DNA of 64,000 nt. It comes from Podarcis bocagei (Eukaryota). The stretch lies in NCBI GenBank assembly GCA_964188305.1, contig OZ076892.1; one strand, 5' to 3'. Below the pieces are notes generated by a model, which did no database searches, was not told where the DNA came from, and saw nothing but the letters and a program-made list of their open reading frames with translations. The number at the start of each line of letters is the position of its first letter. Position 1 is the first letter of the stretch. The position numbers and the translations under genes were made by a program. Of the stretch, positions 63,118 to 64,000 are shown piece after piece.

Positions 63118-64000
63118 TAGCCCATTTGCTCCTTCTTTTCCTTGGTGTTGTCCAGTGGATCACCCTTCCATTTCTTTGCCAGGTTGTACTGTATCCTTTT
63201 AGGAAGCCCTGCCAGTTGAAAGCTTCGTTCTTACTGTAAGACAGAGAAAAGCAGCTCACCCAGGCAGGGCCCCTTCCCAATGGAGCCCTCTAAGTTCATT
63301 TGCAACCAGGGCTGTTTCTTTTCTTGTGCTCTGTTGCCTGATGAAGGGAAGGCCTTTTTTTGCAAGCTGGTTTGTTGGATAGAGGGGGGGGTAGAAGGCT
63401 GGAAGGCATTCAAATTCTTACTCAGCTATGAAACTCCCTGTGGTGGGTTAGTCACTATCTTTCATCTAAGCTTACCTTGTGGGTTGCTGTAAGGATAAAT
63501 GAGGTGAGAACTGTGAAACATTTTTATTTTATTTTTTGCGTATGGAAAGGAGCTTAGAAATTAAGAGCAATGGCTGTGAGGAACCAAACTATATCCAAAG
63601 TTGTATATGAGGAGGAATACAGTAAGGCAGGGTCAAGAAATTGATTAGCATCATAACAGGAAATGCAGGTTTTTGGTATCTGGAGCAAATGACCCAAGAG
63701 AGACCCCTTTACATGGATTAATCTGAGGCACAGTCTGCCAGGAAGTGACGTTTGGCTTCCATTCATTTTCATGAGGGTTGTTCAGAATGTCCCAGTGAAT
63801 TATGCCCCCTGGATCAGATTTGTGTCTCTGCCACTGCCAGTCTGCTATCCTTAATTGTTGCCCATAATCTGCCACCTGAGGTGGTCACGTGCCTGTCCTA
63901 TCATTGGACTGTTTCATGACTTGAAGGCATGACTCTAGACCCACCACTTGAACCTGTAGGTTCTTTCAACTCTGAAGCGGATTAGGTTTAAAAACAAACA

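Overview
Vertebrate genomic DNA, not prokaryotic. The Sauria SINE, BovB, CR1 and tRNA-derived SINE content points to a squamate reptile, probably a lacertid lizard (inference). The window holds the conserved amniote gene order MAP1LC3B (+, 4 coding exons, 22-5127, 124 aa), ZCCHC14 (-, 13 coding exons, 42396-10403, about 1073 aa, SAM domain and CCHC knuckle) and JPH3 (+, first coding exon only, 62731-63112, MORN repeats). All exon boundaries were traced by hand and are GT-AG and phase-consistent. Introns and the ZCCHC14-JPH3 intergenic region carry many transposon relics, several with clear target-site duplications (TSDs). Most ORFs in the supplied track are spurious. The best leads are a compact bidirectional poly(A) element between the convergent genes, an interleaved inverted-repeat array in ZCCHC14 intron 2, a convergent CTCF motif pair, an out-of-frame ATG 4 nt upstream of the JPH3 start, two short in-frame stop-free ZCCHC14 introns and a Tigger1-like terminus. 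I found no clear evidence of a wholly new multi-gene system.
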